Shown piece after piece: positions 14,790 through 26,859 of a stretch of DNA of 64,000 nucleotides. Positions within the stretch are counted from its first letter, which is position 1; every line of letters begins with the position of its first letter. The stretch comes from Eledone cirrhosa (taxonomy: Eukaryota): the NCBI GenBank assembly GCA_964016885.1, contig OZ024747.1:62558001-62622000 (forward strand), given 5' to 3'. The notes below the pieces were generated by a model that was not told the DNA's origin, did not search any database, and saw only the letters and a program-made list of their open reading frames with translations. The position numbers were made by a program, and so were the translations under genes.

Positions 14790-14936
14790 GTTATTGCTGG
14801 TACTTATTTCCAGCTGAGTATACTGGAGCAACGTGAAATAAAGTGTTTTGTACCAGAACACAACACGCAACCCAGTCGAGGAATCGAACCCATGACATAT
14901 GGTCGTAATCCAACACCTTACCACTAGGCCACGCTC
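14790..14936 (-). mobile_element. tRNA-derived SINE family B (CORE-like middle)
   Basis: Reverse complement has tRNA-like head GCGTGGCCTAGTGGTAAGG...GGTTCGATTCC and ...ACACTTTATTTCACGTTGCTCCAGT..ACTCAGCTG. Confidence 0.75.
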
Positions 14937-14942
14937 CTCTGT

Positions 14943-15138
14943 TAATATTTGTTTCTACTTTTGGCACAAGGCCAGCAATTATCCCAGTGCATTACTGGTA
15001 CTTTATTTTATCGACCCCGTAAGGATGAAAGGCAAAGTAAACCTAGGCGGGATTTGAACTCAGAATGGCAAGGGCCGTAACTCTATGCATCAAAGCATGG
15101 CGTCCAACCCTCTACCGATACTGCCAATTCACCGCCCT
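14943..15138 (-). mobile_element. SINE family A, short form
   Basis: Same consensus as the other copies. Confidence 0.92.
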
Positions 15139-15217
15139 AATATTATTACTAATTAATATTATTACTAATTAATAAAAGCCCAGTGAGGTTGTAAATAAGC
15201 TATCAATATTAGTGAAA

Positions 15218-15435
15218 GGGCGGTGGATTGGCAGTATCGGTAGAGCGTCGAACAATATGCTTTGTGACATAGATTTACAACTCTTTACGACCTGGGTTCA
15301 AATCCTGCCGAGGTTAGCTTTGCCTTTCATCTTTACGGGGGTCGATAAAATAAAGTACCAGTAATACACTGAGGTCGATTTTATCGACTTTCCCTACCCC
15401 CAAAATCGTTGGCCTTGTGCCTAAATCAGGAAGCC
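15218..15435 (+). mobile_element. SINE family A, long form
   Basis: Includes the GGTCGATTTTATCGACTTTCCC block absent from the short form. Confidence 0.92.
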
Positions 15436-15570
15436 AACATTAGTGGACAGGGACATTATCTTCACCTACCTCAGTGTCTCGTAAATAAGGGTCTGAAATA
15501 TTACATATACAGCATTACTTCACCAGTATCGAGGGAGCTGACATATTCGTCGTGTTCGAAATATTTTTAA

Positions 15571-15757
15571 ACAATTGTTCCTACGTTTGGCACAAAGCCA
15601 GCAATTCCTCCATTGTATTACTGGTACTTTATTTTATATACCCCGTAAGGATGAAAGGCAAAGTTAACCTCGGCGGGATTTGAACTCAGACCATAAAGGG
15701 CCGTAACTCTTTGCTGCAAAGCATGGCGTCCGACCCTCTTCCGATACTGCCAATCAC
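15571..15757 (-). mobile_element. SINE family A, short form
   Basis: Same consensus. Confidence 0.9.
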
Positions 15758-15984
15758 TGTCGTTCGGCTGTTTTGTTATATTTGTTATGATTGTGTGTTG
15801 TTGTAAATATATAAAACAATCGATAATGGACATAGATTTAACGGTTTTGATCGAATGTGACTGTTCAATCAAGGAAGACTACCGTCAATCCCCCACCCCT
15901 TCACCATCATCACCATCTCCACCCCACTCATGTCATAACCATATCCACCACTATCATAATCACATCCAAACTTACCATATCACA

Positions 15985-16530
15985 TAGGGCCACTACCACC
16001 ACCACCATAACCACTACCTCCCCTACTACCACCACCACCATAACCACTACCTCCACTACTACCACCACCACCATAACTACTACCTCCACTACTACCACCA
16101 CCACCATAACCACTACCTCCCCTACTACCACCACCACTACCTCCACTACTACCACCACCACCATAACCACTACCTCCCCTACTACCACCACCACCATAAC
16201 CACTACCTCCACTACTACCACCACCACCATAACTACTACCTCCACTACTACCACCACCACCATAACCACTACCTCCCCTACTACCACCACCACCATAACC
16301 ACTACCTCCCCTACTACCACCACCATAACCACTACCTCCACAACTACCACCACCACACACCACAACCACATCCAAACCTACTACATCCACTACTACGACG
16401 ACGACCACCACCACAACCAACAACATCACCACCACTACCCCCCCCCATCACCACCACCACCATCACTACTACAACCACCACCACCACCACCACCACCACC
16501 ATCATCATCATCACCATCATCAACATCATA
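15985..16530. repeat. About 33-bp ACC/ACT-based minisatellite grading into (CCA)n/(CAT)n
   Basis: ACCACCACCACCATAACCACTACCTCC(C/A)CTACT repeats. Confidence 0.9.
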
Positions 16531-17490
16531 CCACTCTCTGTTCACCAACTCCACGTAGCATGTTTTATCAAATTAATTCGCACTTTTTACTTAAACCATT
16601 TCCACACTGACACACACACACACCTATACACAGACACATAGACACACATAGACACACATACATAGACACATACACACACACACATACACATAGACACACA
16701 CATACACATACACACACACATAAGCACGTACATATACACACATAAACACGTACATACACACACATAAACACACATTCTCATATGCAATGCCCCATCTCTC
16801 TCATACAACCCCCACCTCCTCTTATTCTCTCTCTCTCCTGCCCGTTATACACACATATATACTTCTCTCTCTCTCTCTCTCTCTCATACCTTCTCCTCCC
16901 CTTCTCACAGAGACACTCCCTTCTCCTCTCTCTGTCTCTCTCACATACACCTCCCTTCTCTCTCTCTCCCCCCTCTCTTACACACACATATTCTCTTCTC
17001 CTCTGTCACTTTCTTTCTCATAAACACCTTTTATATTCCACCATCTCTCTCTCCACCCCTCTCTCTCCGATCTCTCCCCTCTCTCTTTTTCTTTCTACCT
17101 CAAATTTTCTGTCTCTTATAAATACTCTTACTCAAAAACACAAATACATCGTCACACACACGCTGTGTCTCACACACGCACACATTAGCACACACACACA
17201 TACACACTCATACACACCCATACACATACCCAGGCACACATTAGTACAGGCACTCGCATGAGTATATATATATATCAACACACGCATCAACATACATACA
17301 TACATACATACATACAAACAAACATACACACATATATACATACATACATACGTACACACATACATACATATATATATATACACACACACATACATTCATA
17401 CATACATACACACACACACATACATTCATACATACATATACACACATACAGAGATATATACACACATACATACATACACACATACATACA

Positions 17491-17541
<51 letters not shown>

Positions 17542-17678
17542 GACCAAAAGTTAAACAAGGTTCATTGATTAATCAATGAATATAGTTTTACAATAGATTA
17601 GAAGCACTCAACAGTTTAAGTTTTCTGGAGTTATTAATATTAATTCATATAAATAAATATAGACATTCATGTAATCAA

Positions 17679-17750
17679 ATATATTTTATTATATATATTT
17701 CGGATGTACTGTGCTGTCTCCTCAGTACGTCCTCATCAGATAAAATATAT
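17679..17750 (-). ncRNA. Minimal type-I hammerhead ribozyme motif
   Basis: Minus strand: ATATATTTTAT-CTGATGA-GGACGTACTG..CAGTACATCC-GAAA-TATATA-TA-ATAAAATATAT; perfect 11-bp stem I, palindromic stem III. Confidence 0.88.
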
Positions 17751-17871
17751 AAATTGATGTATGACATACCTCAACTGTGCTGATGTTTCAATTCCAGTCT
17801 TTGCAATTGAGTGCTCTATACCAGTTATAAACTTTTAAGTTTGTTGGAATCCCAACAAATTAAATATAACT

Positions 17872-17944
<73 letters not shown>

Positions 17945-17947
<3 letters not shown>

Positions 17948-18125
17948 AATTAATAAAAATAATGAATAAAAACAAAGAAACAGTTCCTTATATTAAAAAA
18001 TTCATCATTTTACGATCGTTTCTAGGATATATATGTGTGTGTTGGTATGTATATCATATAGATCTATGTAAAATTTTTACAAACTATCAGAGGGAATATA
18101 CATACCTACACATATATATATGTGT

Positions 18126-18194
<69 letters not shown>

Positions 18195-18525
18195 GATACA
18201 TCTACCAAAATATACGGTAGTGTCCAATCCGTATGAAGAACTCAATGCAATCCAAATATCATGAAAAGAGAAGATGTATTCAAAATTGTTTCGATGGAAA
18301 ACACAGGAAAACAGAGTCAAGATAAATTAATAAAAATAATGAATAAAAACAAAGAAACAGTTCCTTATATTAAAAAAATTCATCATTTTACGATCGTTTC
18401 TAGGATATATATGTGTGTGTTGGTATGTATATCATATAGATCTATGTAAAATTTTTACAAACTATCAGAGGGAATATACATACCTACACATATATATGTG
18501 TAGGTATGTATATTCCCTCTGATAT
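17945..18525 (-). mobile_element. Two partial copies of a PLE-like mini-element (family of 47567-48110), with fold-back end
   Basis: Direct duplication 17947-18130 / 18323-18505; minus strand has GAAA-CGATCG-TA; perfect palindrome 18463-18524. Confidence 0.65.
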
Positions 18526-18906
18526 TCCGTTAAGGGTGAAAGCAGCGATTCTTTGCTTAAACTTTAATCTGTTATTTTAATAAATATATATATATATATA
18601 TATATATATTGAAAAACTTATTTGGGTTTCGGGGTTCAAATACGTCTACAGAACAGGTTTGAATTTCGAAATTTAAATATGTCCAGGAATCATGGCTGTT
18701 GCCAATATAATATTGTCTTTATTGACTTATATCGAGACAGACAAATTGTATTTACTTTAATTAGTTTATTTCATTAATAGCTAACTTTGTCTGTTGCAAT
18801 ATGAACACATTTCGTGTTTATCATATATTTTAAATGTATTTAACTGCTCGGAAGAGCCCCTTCCTGGAGCTTAATTATTGTAAACGACTGAGAGTTTATT
18901 CTCAAA

Positions 18907-18964
<58 letters not shown>

Positions 18965-18976
<12 letters not shown>

Positions 18977-19980
18977 AATACTGATGCCACCAACTAGCAC
19001 TACAACCTAACTACCACGTTATACTACCTCCCATACTGTCATTGGTATATATATACCAATACTGATGCCACCAACTAACACTACAACCTAACTACCACGT
19101 TATACTACCTCCCATACTGTCATTGGTATATATATACCAATACTGATGCCACCAACTAACACTACAACCTAACTACCACGTTATACTACCTCCCATACTG
19201 TCATTGGTATATATATACCAATACTGATGCCACCAACTAAAACTACAACCTAACTACCACGTTATACTACCTCCCATACTGTCATTGGTATATATATACC
19301 AATACTGATGCCACCAACTAACACTACAACCTAACTACCACGTTATACTACCTCCCATACTGTCATTGATATATATATCAGTACTGATGCCATCAACTAA
19401 CACTACAACCTAACTACCACGTTATACTACCTCCCATATTGTCATTGATATATATATCAGTACTGATGTCATCAACTAACACTACATAGTAACTACCACT
19501 GTATACTACCTCCCATACTGTCATTGATATATATATCAGTACTGATGCCATCAACTAACACTACAACCTAACTACCACTGTATACTACCTCCCATACTGT
19601 CATTGATATATATATCAATACTGATGCCATCAACTAACACTACAACCTAACTACCACTGAATACTACCTCCCATATTGTCATTGATATATATATCAGTAC
19701 TGATGTCATCAACTAACACTACATCCTAACTACCACTGTATACTACCTCCCATACTGTCATTGATATATATATCAGTACTGATGCCATCAACTAACACTA
19801 CATCCTAACTACCACTGTATACTACCTCCCATACTGTCGTTGATATATATCAATATTGATGCCATCAACACTACATCCTAACTACCACTGTATACTACCT
19901 CCCATACTGTCATTGATATATATACCAATACTGATGCCATCAACTAACACTACATCCTAACTACCACGTTATACTACATA
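18965..19980. repeat. 81-bp minisatellite, about 12 units
   Basis: CCAATACTGATG at 18975, 19056, etc.; unit contains a TA-centred palindrome. Confidence 0.95.
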
Positions 19981-19984
19981 GACA

Positions 19985-20042
<58 letters not shown>

Positions 20043-20197
20043 CATATACACGCACACACATATAAGCACACAAATATCAATAAGTCATCATAACTACGTG
20101 AATAATAAATATTATATACATTCATATATATACACATGCAAATACACACACTCATATACGTGTGTGTGTGTGTGCAAATACACACACACACACTCCT

Positions 20198-20245
<48 letters not shown>

Positions 20246-20925
20246 ATGTGTATATATATTTATAATGCATTACATAGCAACACACTCATATACATGTGTG
20301 TGTCTGTGTGTGTGTGTATGTGTATATATATATTTATAATGCATTACATGGCAACATACTCATATACATGTGTGTGTGTGTGTGTATGTGTATATATATA
20401 TATATATAATGCATTACATAGCAACATACTCATACATAAAAAACACAAACACACACCTAAAAACCTACAAACACACAAACGAATACACACAAAAAAACAC
20501 GAACACTCAAAAAACTAAATATTTCCTTTACTTTTTATGTCATATGTTGTCATCATATTGCTAATGTTTCTTCCTATTCTGTGCTATTTTTTTTCATTAT
20601 TTTCTTAAAAGATGTTAACTAATTTATTTTTCACCTCAAAATTTGCACGCTTCCCGATCATTCTGACATTAAAATGTACAGAATAAACTTAAGATGTCTA
20701 ATATATTAGAACGAAAGAGAGTTATAATGGAAGAAAGGGGAGGTAATAGATGAAGTAAGAGATTTGAAATACTTATAAATTATGTAATGTTTACTACATA
20801 ACATGCATGTATTGGAGTGGGAATATGTGATTGAGAAGTGATAATTAAACATTGATGTCTAACCTCTCCACACACTCTCTCTTTCTCACACGCACATATA
20901 TATGTATGTATGTACGCTGCAATCC

Positions 20926-21038
<113 letters not shown>

Positions 21039-21160
21039 GGAGGTGAGTTTTATTGTAGTACAATAAAGCAATGCAGATATCGGATAAGAAGCACTCTACA
21101 GTTTGTAGGACTGGAGTATACATAATATAAGATCAAAAGATGGTTAAAGGAGTTCCATGT

Positions 21161-21229
21161 ATTTTATTATGCGCATTTCAAAAACAAACATCATCATGCA
21201 ATAATATTTGTGTTTTCATCAGATAAAAC
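21161..21229 (-). ncRNA. Minimal type-I hammerhead ribozyme motif
   Basis: Reverse complement of 21331-21398. Confidence 0.85.
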
Positions 21230-21330
21230 AGGAGAACATGATATGAAGGCTAAAAAACACTTGTGGATAGTGTTGATTTAAAACTGCACTATCCACAAGT
21301 GTTTTTAGCCCCTTCATATCATGTTCTCCT

Positions 21331-21398
21331 GTTTTATCTGATGAAAACACAAATATTATTGCATGATGATGTTTGTTTTTGAAATGCGCATAATAAAA
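21331..21398 (+). ncRNA. Minimal type-I hammerhead ribozyme motif
   Basis: TTTTAT-CTGATGA(21338)-AAACACAAATATTATT..TGATGATGTTTGTTTTT-GAAA-TGCGCA-TA-ATAAAA. Confidence 0.87.
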
Positions 21399-21429
21399 TA
21401 CATGGAACTCCTTTAACCATCTTTTGATC

Positions 21430-21522
<93 letters not shown>

Positions 21523-21605
21523 GTTATTCCGGGTTGAATCGCAGGTAACCCCAGTAAGTAAGGTACTCAATACATAGCAGAGTATAAAAGTTTTAATGTA
21601 GATGA

Positions 21606-21654
21606 GATTCTACAGGACTAGAACTGTTTCATTCTTTAGAAATCATCAGGAATC
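21606..21654 (-). ncRNA. Type-I hammerhead ribozyme motif
   Basis: Minus strand: GATTC-CTGATGA-TTTCTAAAGAAT-GAAA-CAG(TTCTAGTC)CTG-TA-GAATC. Confidence 0.8.
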
Positions 21655-21714
21655 AATTCCTGATGATTTCTAAATCGATTCTAAAGAATGAAACAGTTCT
21701 AGTCCTGTAGACTC
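21655..21714 (+). ncRNA. Type-I hammerhead motif (inverted partner, stem I imperfect)
   Basis: AATTC-CTGATGA(21660)...GAAA-CAG..CTG-TA-GACTC. Confidence 0.6.
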
Positions 21715-21729
21715 TCATCTATATTAAAA

Positions 21730-21763
<34 letters not shown>

Positions 21764-21948
21764 TTTGTTGGTTCACCACTGGATAGAACTGGTCATTCCG
21801 TATAGTCAATATTGATGTAATATTAGGGAGAGTACTCGACGTAATGCAACTCACCCGTCTTCGTTTGTGTTGTTGGTGGTACCAGTACGGAGTTAATTAT
21901 TATAAAATAACAAGAGGTTGGACTGGTGTAATTCCTTAAAGGTTTATT

Positions 21949-22006
21949 ATACTAGGAACATTTCAATGACCGGGTTCAGTATGAATCCGGTGACATCATC
22001 AGGTAT
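21949..22006 (-). ncRNA. Type-I hammerhead motif (stem III mutated)
   Basis: ATAC-CTGATGA-TGTCACCGGATTCA..TGAACCCGGTCATT-GAAA-TGTTCC-TA-GTAT; paralog of 29960-30017. Confidence 0.65.
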
Positions 22007-22106
22007 TCCGAAATATATCCAACAAAGCAGAGAGAAATGCCCAAGACGAGAAGGCGGCCAAAAATTAGCATACACACACACACACACATATATATATAAC
22101 TTTTGG

Positions 22107-22157
<51 letters not shown>

Positions 22158-22312
22158 CACACATACATACACATACATACATAGTTAATAAAGGAAAGAA
22201 AACAAACACAGGAATGCAAAAATGCAGTTATATTACGTTCACGCTCGGGGGAAATAATATATATATATATTATATATATTATATATATATATTATATATA
22301 TTATATATATAT

Positions 22313-22497
22313 AACAAAGGAATTGTGGTAAGGAACCAGATGGACCATAACGCACCAGAGTACTCAATACTTAGGGTAGTAGAGTGGGAAATAGGAAAAA
22401 GTATGACCCCGACGGCAGAGCTCAAGCCGTTTCGACGGCTATTTCTGAAATAGCCGTCGAAACGGCTTGAGCTCAGCCGTCGGGGTCATACTTTTTC
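22313..22497. mobile_element. PLE-like mini-element with terminal fold-back palindrome (22395-22497)
   Basis: Palindrome centred at 22446; paralogs at 28411-28600 and 51306-51353; carries GAAA-CGGCT..AGCCG-TC-GGGGTC half-hammerhead. Confidence 0.65.
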
Positions 22498-22739
22498 ATG
22501 TGTGTGTGTGTATGTGTGTGTGTGTGTGTGTGTGCGTGTGCGTGTGTATAAAAGGTAAACAGAAATAACAACACAATCGGTACAGTATATGGAAGAAATA
22601 TATTAGGTTAACGCTTGAAATAGCAGGAAGAGAGTCTTATATATATAAGCGCAATCCAATACACGTGGTATTCACTGATAAATCATATGAAACATTTTTG
22701 AATTTTTGAATAGCATTTGAAAACAACGGGTTTTTGTAT

Positions 22740-25700
22740 TCTCTCCTTTACTTTATCTTTTCCTTTTCTTCTTTTCCCTTTCTTTCTCTCCACATCTTCC
22801 CTTTTCTTCTTTTCCCTTTCTTTCTCTCCGCATTTTCCCTTTTCTTCTTTTCTTTATTTCCCTTTCTTTCTCTCCGCATCTTCCCTTTTCTTCTTTTCTT
22901 TATATCCCCTTCTTTCTCTCCGCATCTTCCCTTTTCTTATTTTCTTTATTTCCATTTCTTTCTCTCTACATCTTCCCTTTTCTTCTTTTCTTTATTTCCG
23001 TTTCTTTCTCTCCGCATCTTCCCTTTTCTTCTTTTCTTTATTTCCCTTTCTTTCTCTCCGCATCTTCCCTTTTCTTCTTTTCTTTATTTGAATTTCTTTC
23101 TCTCCACATCTTCCCTTTTCTTCTTTTCCCTTTCTTTCTCTCCACATCTTCCCCTTTCTTCTTTTCTTTATTTCCATTTCTTTCTCTCCACATCTTCCCT
23201 TTTCTTTTCTTTATTTCCCTTTCTTTCTCTCCTCTTCTTCCCTTTTCTCCTTTTCTTTATTTCCATTTCTTTCTCCCCACATCTTCCCTTTTCTTCTTTT
23301 CCCTTTCTTTCTCTCCACATCTTCCTTTTTCTTCTTTTCTTTATTTCCCTTTCTTTCTCTCCACATCTTCCCTTTTCTTCTTTTCCCTTTCTTTCTCTCC
23401 ACATCTTCCCTTTTCTTCTTTTCTTTATTTCTATTTCTTTCTCTCCACATCTTCCCTTTTCTTCTTTTCCCTTTCTTTCTCTCCACATCTTCCTTTTTCT
23501 TCTTTTCTTTATTTCCCTTTCTTTCTCTCCACATCTTCCCTTTTCTTCTTTTCTTTATTTCCATTTCTTTCTCTCCGCATCTTCCCTTTTCTTCTTTTCC
23601 CTTTCTTTCTCTCCACATCTTCCCTTTTCTTCTTTTCTTTATTTCCCTTTCTTTCTCTCCACATTTTCCCTTTCTTTCTCTCTGCATCTTCCCTTTTCTT
23701 CTTTTCTTTATTTCCATTTCTTTCTCTCCGCATCTTCCCTTTTCTTCTTTTCTTTATTTCCCTTTCTTTCTCTCCGTATCTTCCCTTTTCTTGTTTTCTT
23801 CTTTTCCCTTTCTTTCTCTCCGCATCTTCCCTTTTCTTCTTTTCTTGTTTTCTTCTTTTCCCCTTCTTTCTCTCCACATCTTCCCTTTTCTTCTTTTCTT
23901 TATTTCCATTTCTTTCTCTCCGCATCTTCCCTTTTCTTCTTTTCCCTTTCTTTCTCTCCGCATCTTCCCTTTTCTTCTTTTCTTTATTTCCATTTCTTTC
24001 TCTCCACATCTTCTGTTTTCTTCTTTTCTTTATTTCCATTTCTTTCTCTCCACATCTTCTGTTTTCTTCTTTTCTTCTTTTCCATTTCTTTCTCTCCGCA
24101 TCTTCCCTTTTCTTCTCTTCCATTTCTTTCTCTCCGCATCTTCCCTTTTCTTCTTTTCTTCTTTTCCCTTTCTTTCTCTCCACATCTTCCCTTTTCTTCT
24201 TTTCTTTATTTCCATTTCTTTCTCTCCGCATCTTCCCTTTTCTTCTTTTCCCTTTCTTTCTCTCCACATCTTCCCTTTTCTTCTTTTCTTTCTCTCCACA
24301 TCTTCCCTTTTCCTCTTTTCCCTTTCTTTCTCTCCACATCTTCCCTTTTCTTCTTTTCTTTATTTCCATTTCTTTCTCTCCGCATCTTCCCTTTCTTTCT
24401 CTCCACATCTTCCCTTTTCTTCTTTTCTTTATTTCCCTTTCTTTCTCTCCACATTTTCCCTTTTCTTCTTTTCCCTTTCTTTCTCTCTGCATCTTCCTTT
24501 TTTTCTTTTCTTCTTTTCCCTTTCTTTCTCTCCGCATCTTCCCTTTCTTTCTCTCCGCATCTTCCCTTTTCTTCTTTTCTTTATTTCCATTTCTTTCTCT
24601 CCGCATCTTCCCTTTTCTTCTTTTCTTCTTTTCGATTTCTTTCTCTCCACATCTTCCCTTTTCTTCTTTTCCCTTTCTTTCTCTCCGCATCTTCCCTTTT
24701 CTTCTTTTCTTTATTTCCATTTCTTTCTCTCCGCATCTTCCCTTTTCTTGTTTTCTTGTTTTCTTCTTTTCCATTTCTTTCTCTCCGCATCTTCCCTTTT
24801 CTTCTTTTCCCTTTCTTTCTCTCCACATCTTCCCTTTTCTTCTTTTCTTTATTTCCATTTCTTTCTCTCCGCATCTTCCCTTTTCTTCTTTTCCCTTTCT
24901 TTCTCTCCACATCTTCTTCTTTTCTTCTTTTCCCTTTCTTTCTCTCCACATCTTCCCTTTTCTTCTTTTCTTTATTTCCATTTGTTTCTCTTTGCATCTT
25001 CCCTTTTCTTCTTTTCCCTTTCTTTCTCTCCGCATCTTCCCTTTCTTTCTCTCCACATCTTCCCTTTTCTTCTTTTCTTTATTTCCCTTTCTTTCTCTCC
25101 ACATTTTCCCTTTTCTTCTTTTCCCTTTCTTTCTCTCTGCATCTTCCCTTTTTTTCTTTTCTTCTTTTCCCTTTCTTTCTCTCCGCATCTTCCTTTTCTT
25201 CTTTTCTTTATTTCCATTTCTTTCTCTCCGCATCTTCCCTTTTCTTCTTTTCTTCTTTTCCCTTTCTTTCTCTCCGCATCTTCCCTTTTCTTGTTTTCTT
25301 CTTTTCCCTTTCTTTCTCTCCGCATCTTCCCTTTTCTTCTTTTCATTATTTCCATTTCTTTCTCTCCGCATCTTCCCTTTTCTTCTTTTCTTCTTTTCTT
25401 CTTTTCCCTTTCTTTCTCTCCACATCTTCCCTTTTCTTCTTTTCTTTATTTCCATTTCTTTCTCTCCGCATCTTCCCTTTTCTTCTTTCTCTCCGCATCT
25501 TCCCTTTTCTTCTTTTCTTCTTTTCTTCTTTTCTTCTTTTCTTCTTTTCTTCTTTTCCCTTTCTTTCTCTCCACATCTTCCCTTTTCTTCTTTTCTTTAT
25601 TTCCATTTCTTTCTCTCCGCATCTTCCCTTTTCTTCTTTTCTTCTTTTCCCTTTCTTTCTCTCCGCATCTTCCCTTTTCTTGTTTTCTTCTTTTCCCTTT

Positions 25701-26385
25701 CTTTCTCTCCGCATCTTCCCTTTTCTTCTTTTCATTATTTCCATTTCTTTCTCTCCGCATCTTCCCTTTTCTTCTTTTCTTCTTTTCCCTTTCTTTCTCT
25801 CCACATCTTCCCTTTTCTTCTTTTCTTTATTTCCATTTCTTTCTCTCCCCATCTTCCCTTTTCTTCTTTTCCCTTTCTTTCTCTCCGCATCTTCCCTTTT
25901 CTTCTTTTCTTCTTTTCTTCTTTTCCCTTTCTTTCTCTCCACATCTTCCCTTTTCTTCTTTTCTTTATTTCCATTTCTTTCTCTCCACATCTTCTGTTTT
26001 CTTCTTTTCTTCTTTTCCATTTCTTTCTCTCCGCATCTTCCCTTTTCTTCTCTTCCATTTCTTTCTCTCCGCATCTTCCCTCTTCTTCTTTTCTTCTTTT
26101 CTCTTTCTTTCTCTCCACATCTTCCCTTTTCTTCTTTTCTTTATTTCCATTTGTTTCTCTTTGCATCTTCCCTTTTCTTCTTTTCCCTTTCTTTCTCTCT
26201 GCATCTTCCCTTTTCTTCTTTTCTTTATTTCCCTTTCTTTCTCTCCACATCTTCCCTTTTCTTCTTTTCTTTATTTCCCTTTCTTTCTCTCCACATCTTC
26301 CCTTTTCTTCTTTTCCCTTTCTTTCTCTCCGCATCTTCCCTTTTCTTCTTTTCTTTATTTCCCTCTCTTTCTCTCCACATCTTAC
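22740..26385. repeat. 3.6-kb polypyrimidine complex satellite (about 33-46-bp units, TTTCTTTCTCTCC(G/A)CATCTTCCCTTTTCTTCTTTTC)
   Basis: Direct reading; the long F/S/L and R/K/E ORFs are artefacts. Confidence 0.97.
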
Positions 26386-26561
26386 CTTTCAACTCTCCCT
26401 CCCCCTATATTTCTTCCCTGCTTTACGTCCTCTTCTTCTCTAAGTTTATCATATTATTTGTGGTATATAAATGTTGAGGGTTGGTGAAATAACTCACTGC
26501 CACTACAGGAATTGATGATTCAAGTACCCTAGCGGTATGTCGCATATCCAATCTCATATAT

Positions 26562-26618
26562 ATTTTATCTGATGAAAACGTACTGAAACACCATTGAACC
26601 TTTGAATGTATAATAAAT
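26562..26618 (+). ncRNA. Degenerate hammerhead motif (family of 17679-17750)
   Basis: ATTTTAT-CTGATGA(26569)...TTT-GAA-TGTA-TA-ATAAA; GAAA/stem III damaged. Confidence 0.45.
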
Positions 26619-26705
26619 GATGTATAATAAATATATATACTTTGGTTATGATATTTCTCATTTATTAATATTTTGAATAATACTATATATATATATATAT
26701 ATATA

Positions 26706-26859
<154 letters not shown>

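Larger units (their letters stand above)
21124..21436. mobile_element. Fold-back palindrome (about 150-bp arms) carrying two hammerheads; PLE-like mini-element
   Basis: Arms 21124-21272 and 21287-21436 nearly perfectly complementary; lies in an island between (TA)n runs. Confidence 0.8.

Noticed and set aside
15980-16435. GGSGYGGGG glycine-rich protein-like ORF
   Set aside because: Resembles structural proteins, but it is the antisense of an ACC/ACT minisatellite with all frames open; no signal peptide or exon support
22734-26487. ORFs of 1247, 898 and 648 aa
   Set aside because: Translations of the polypyrimidine satellite; open in most frames on both strands because stops are scarce
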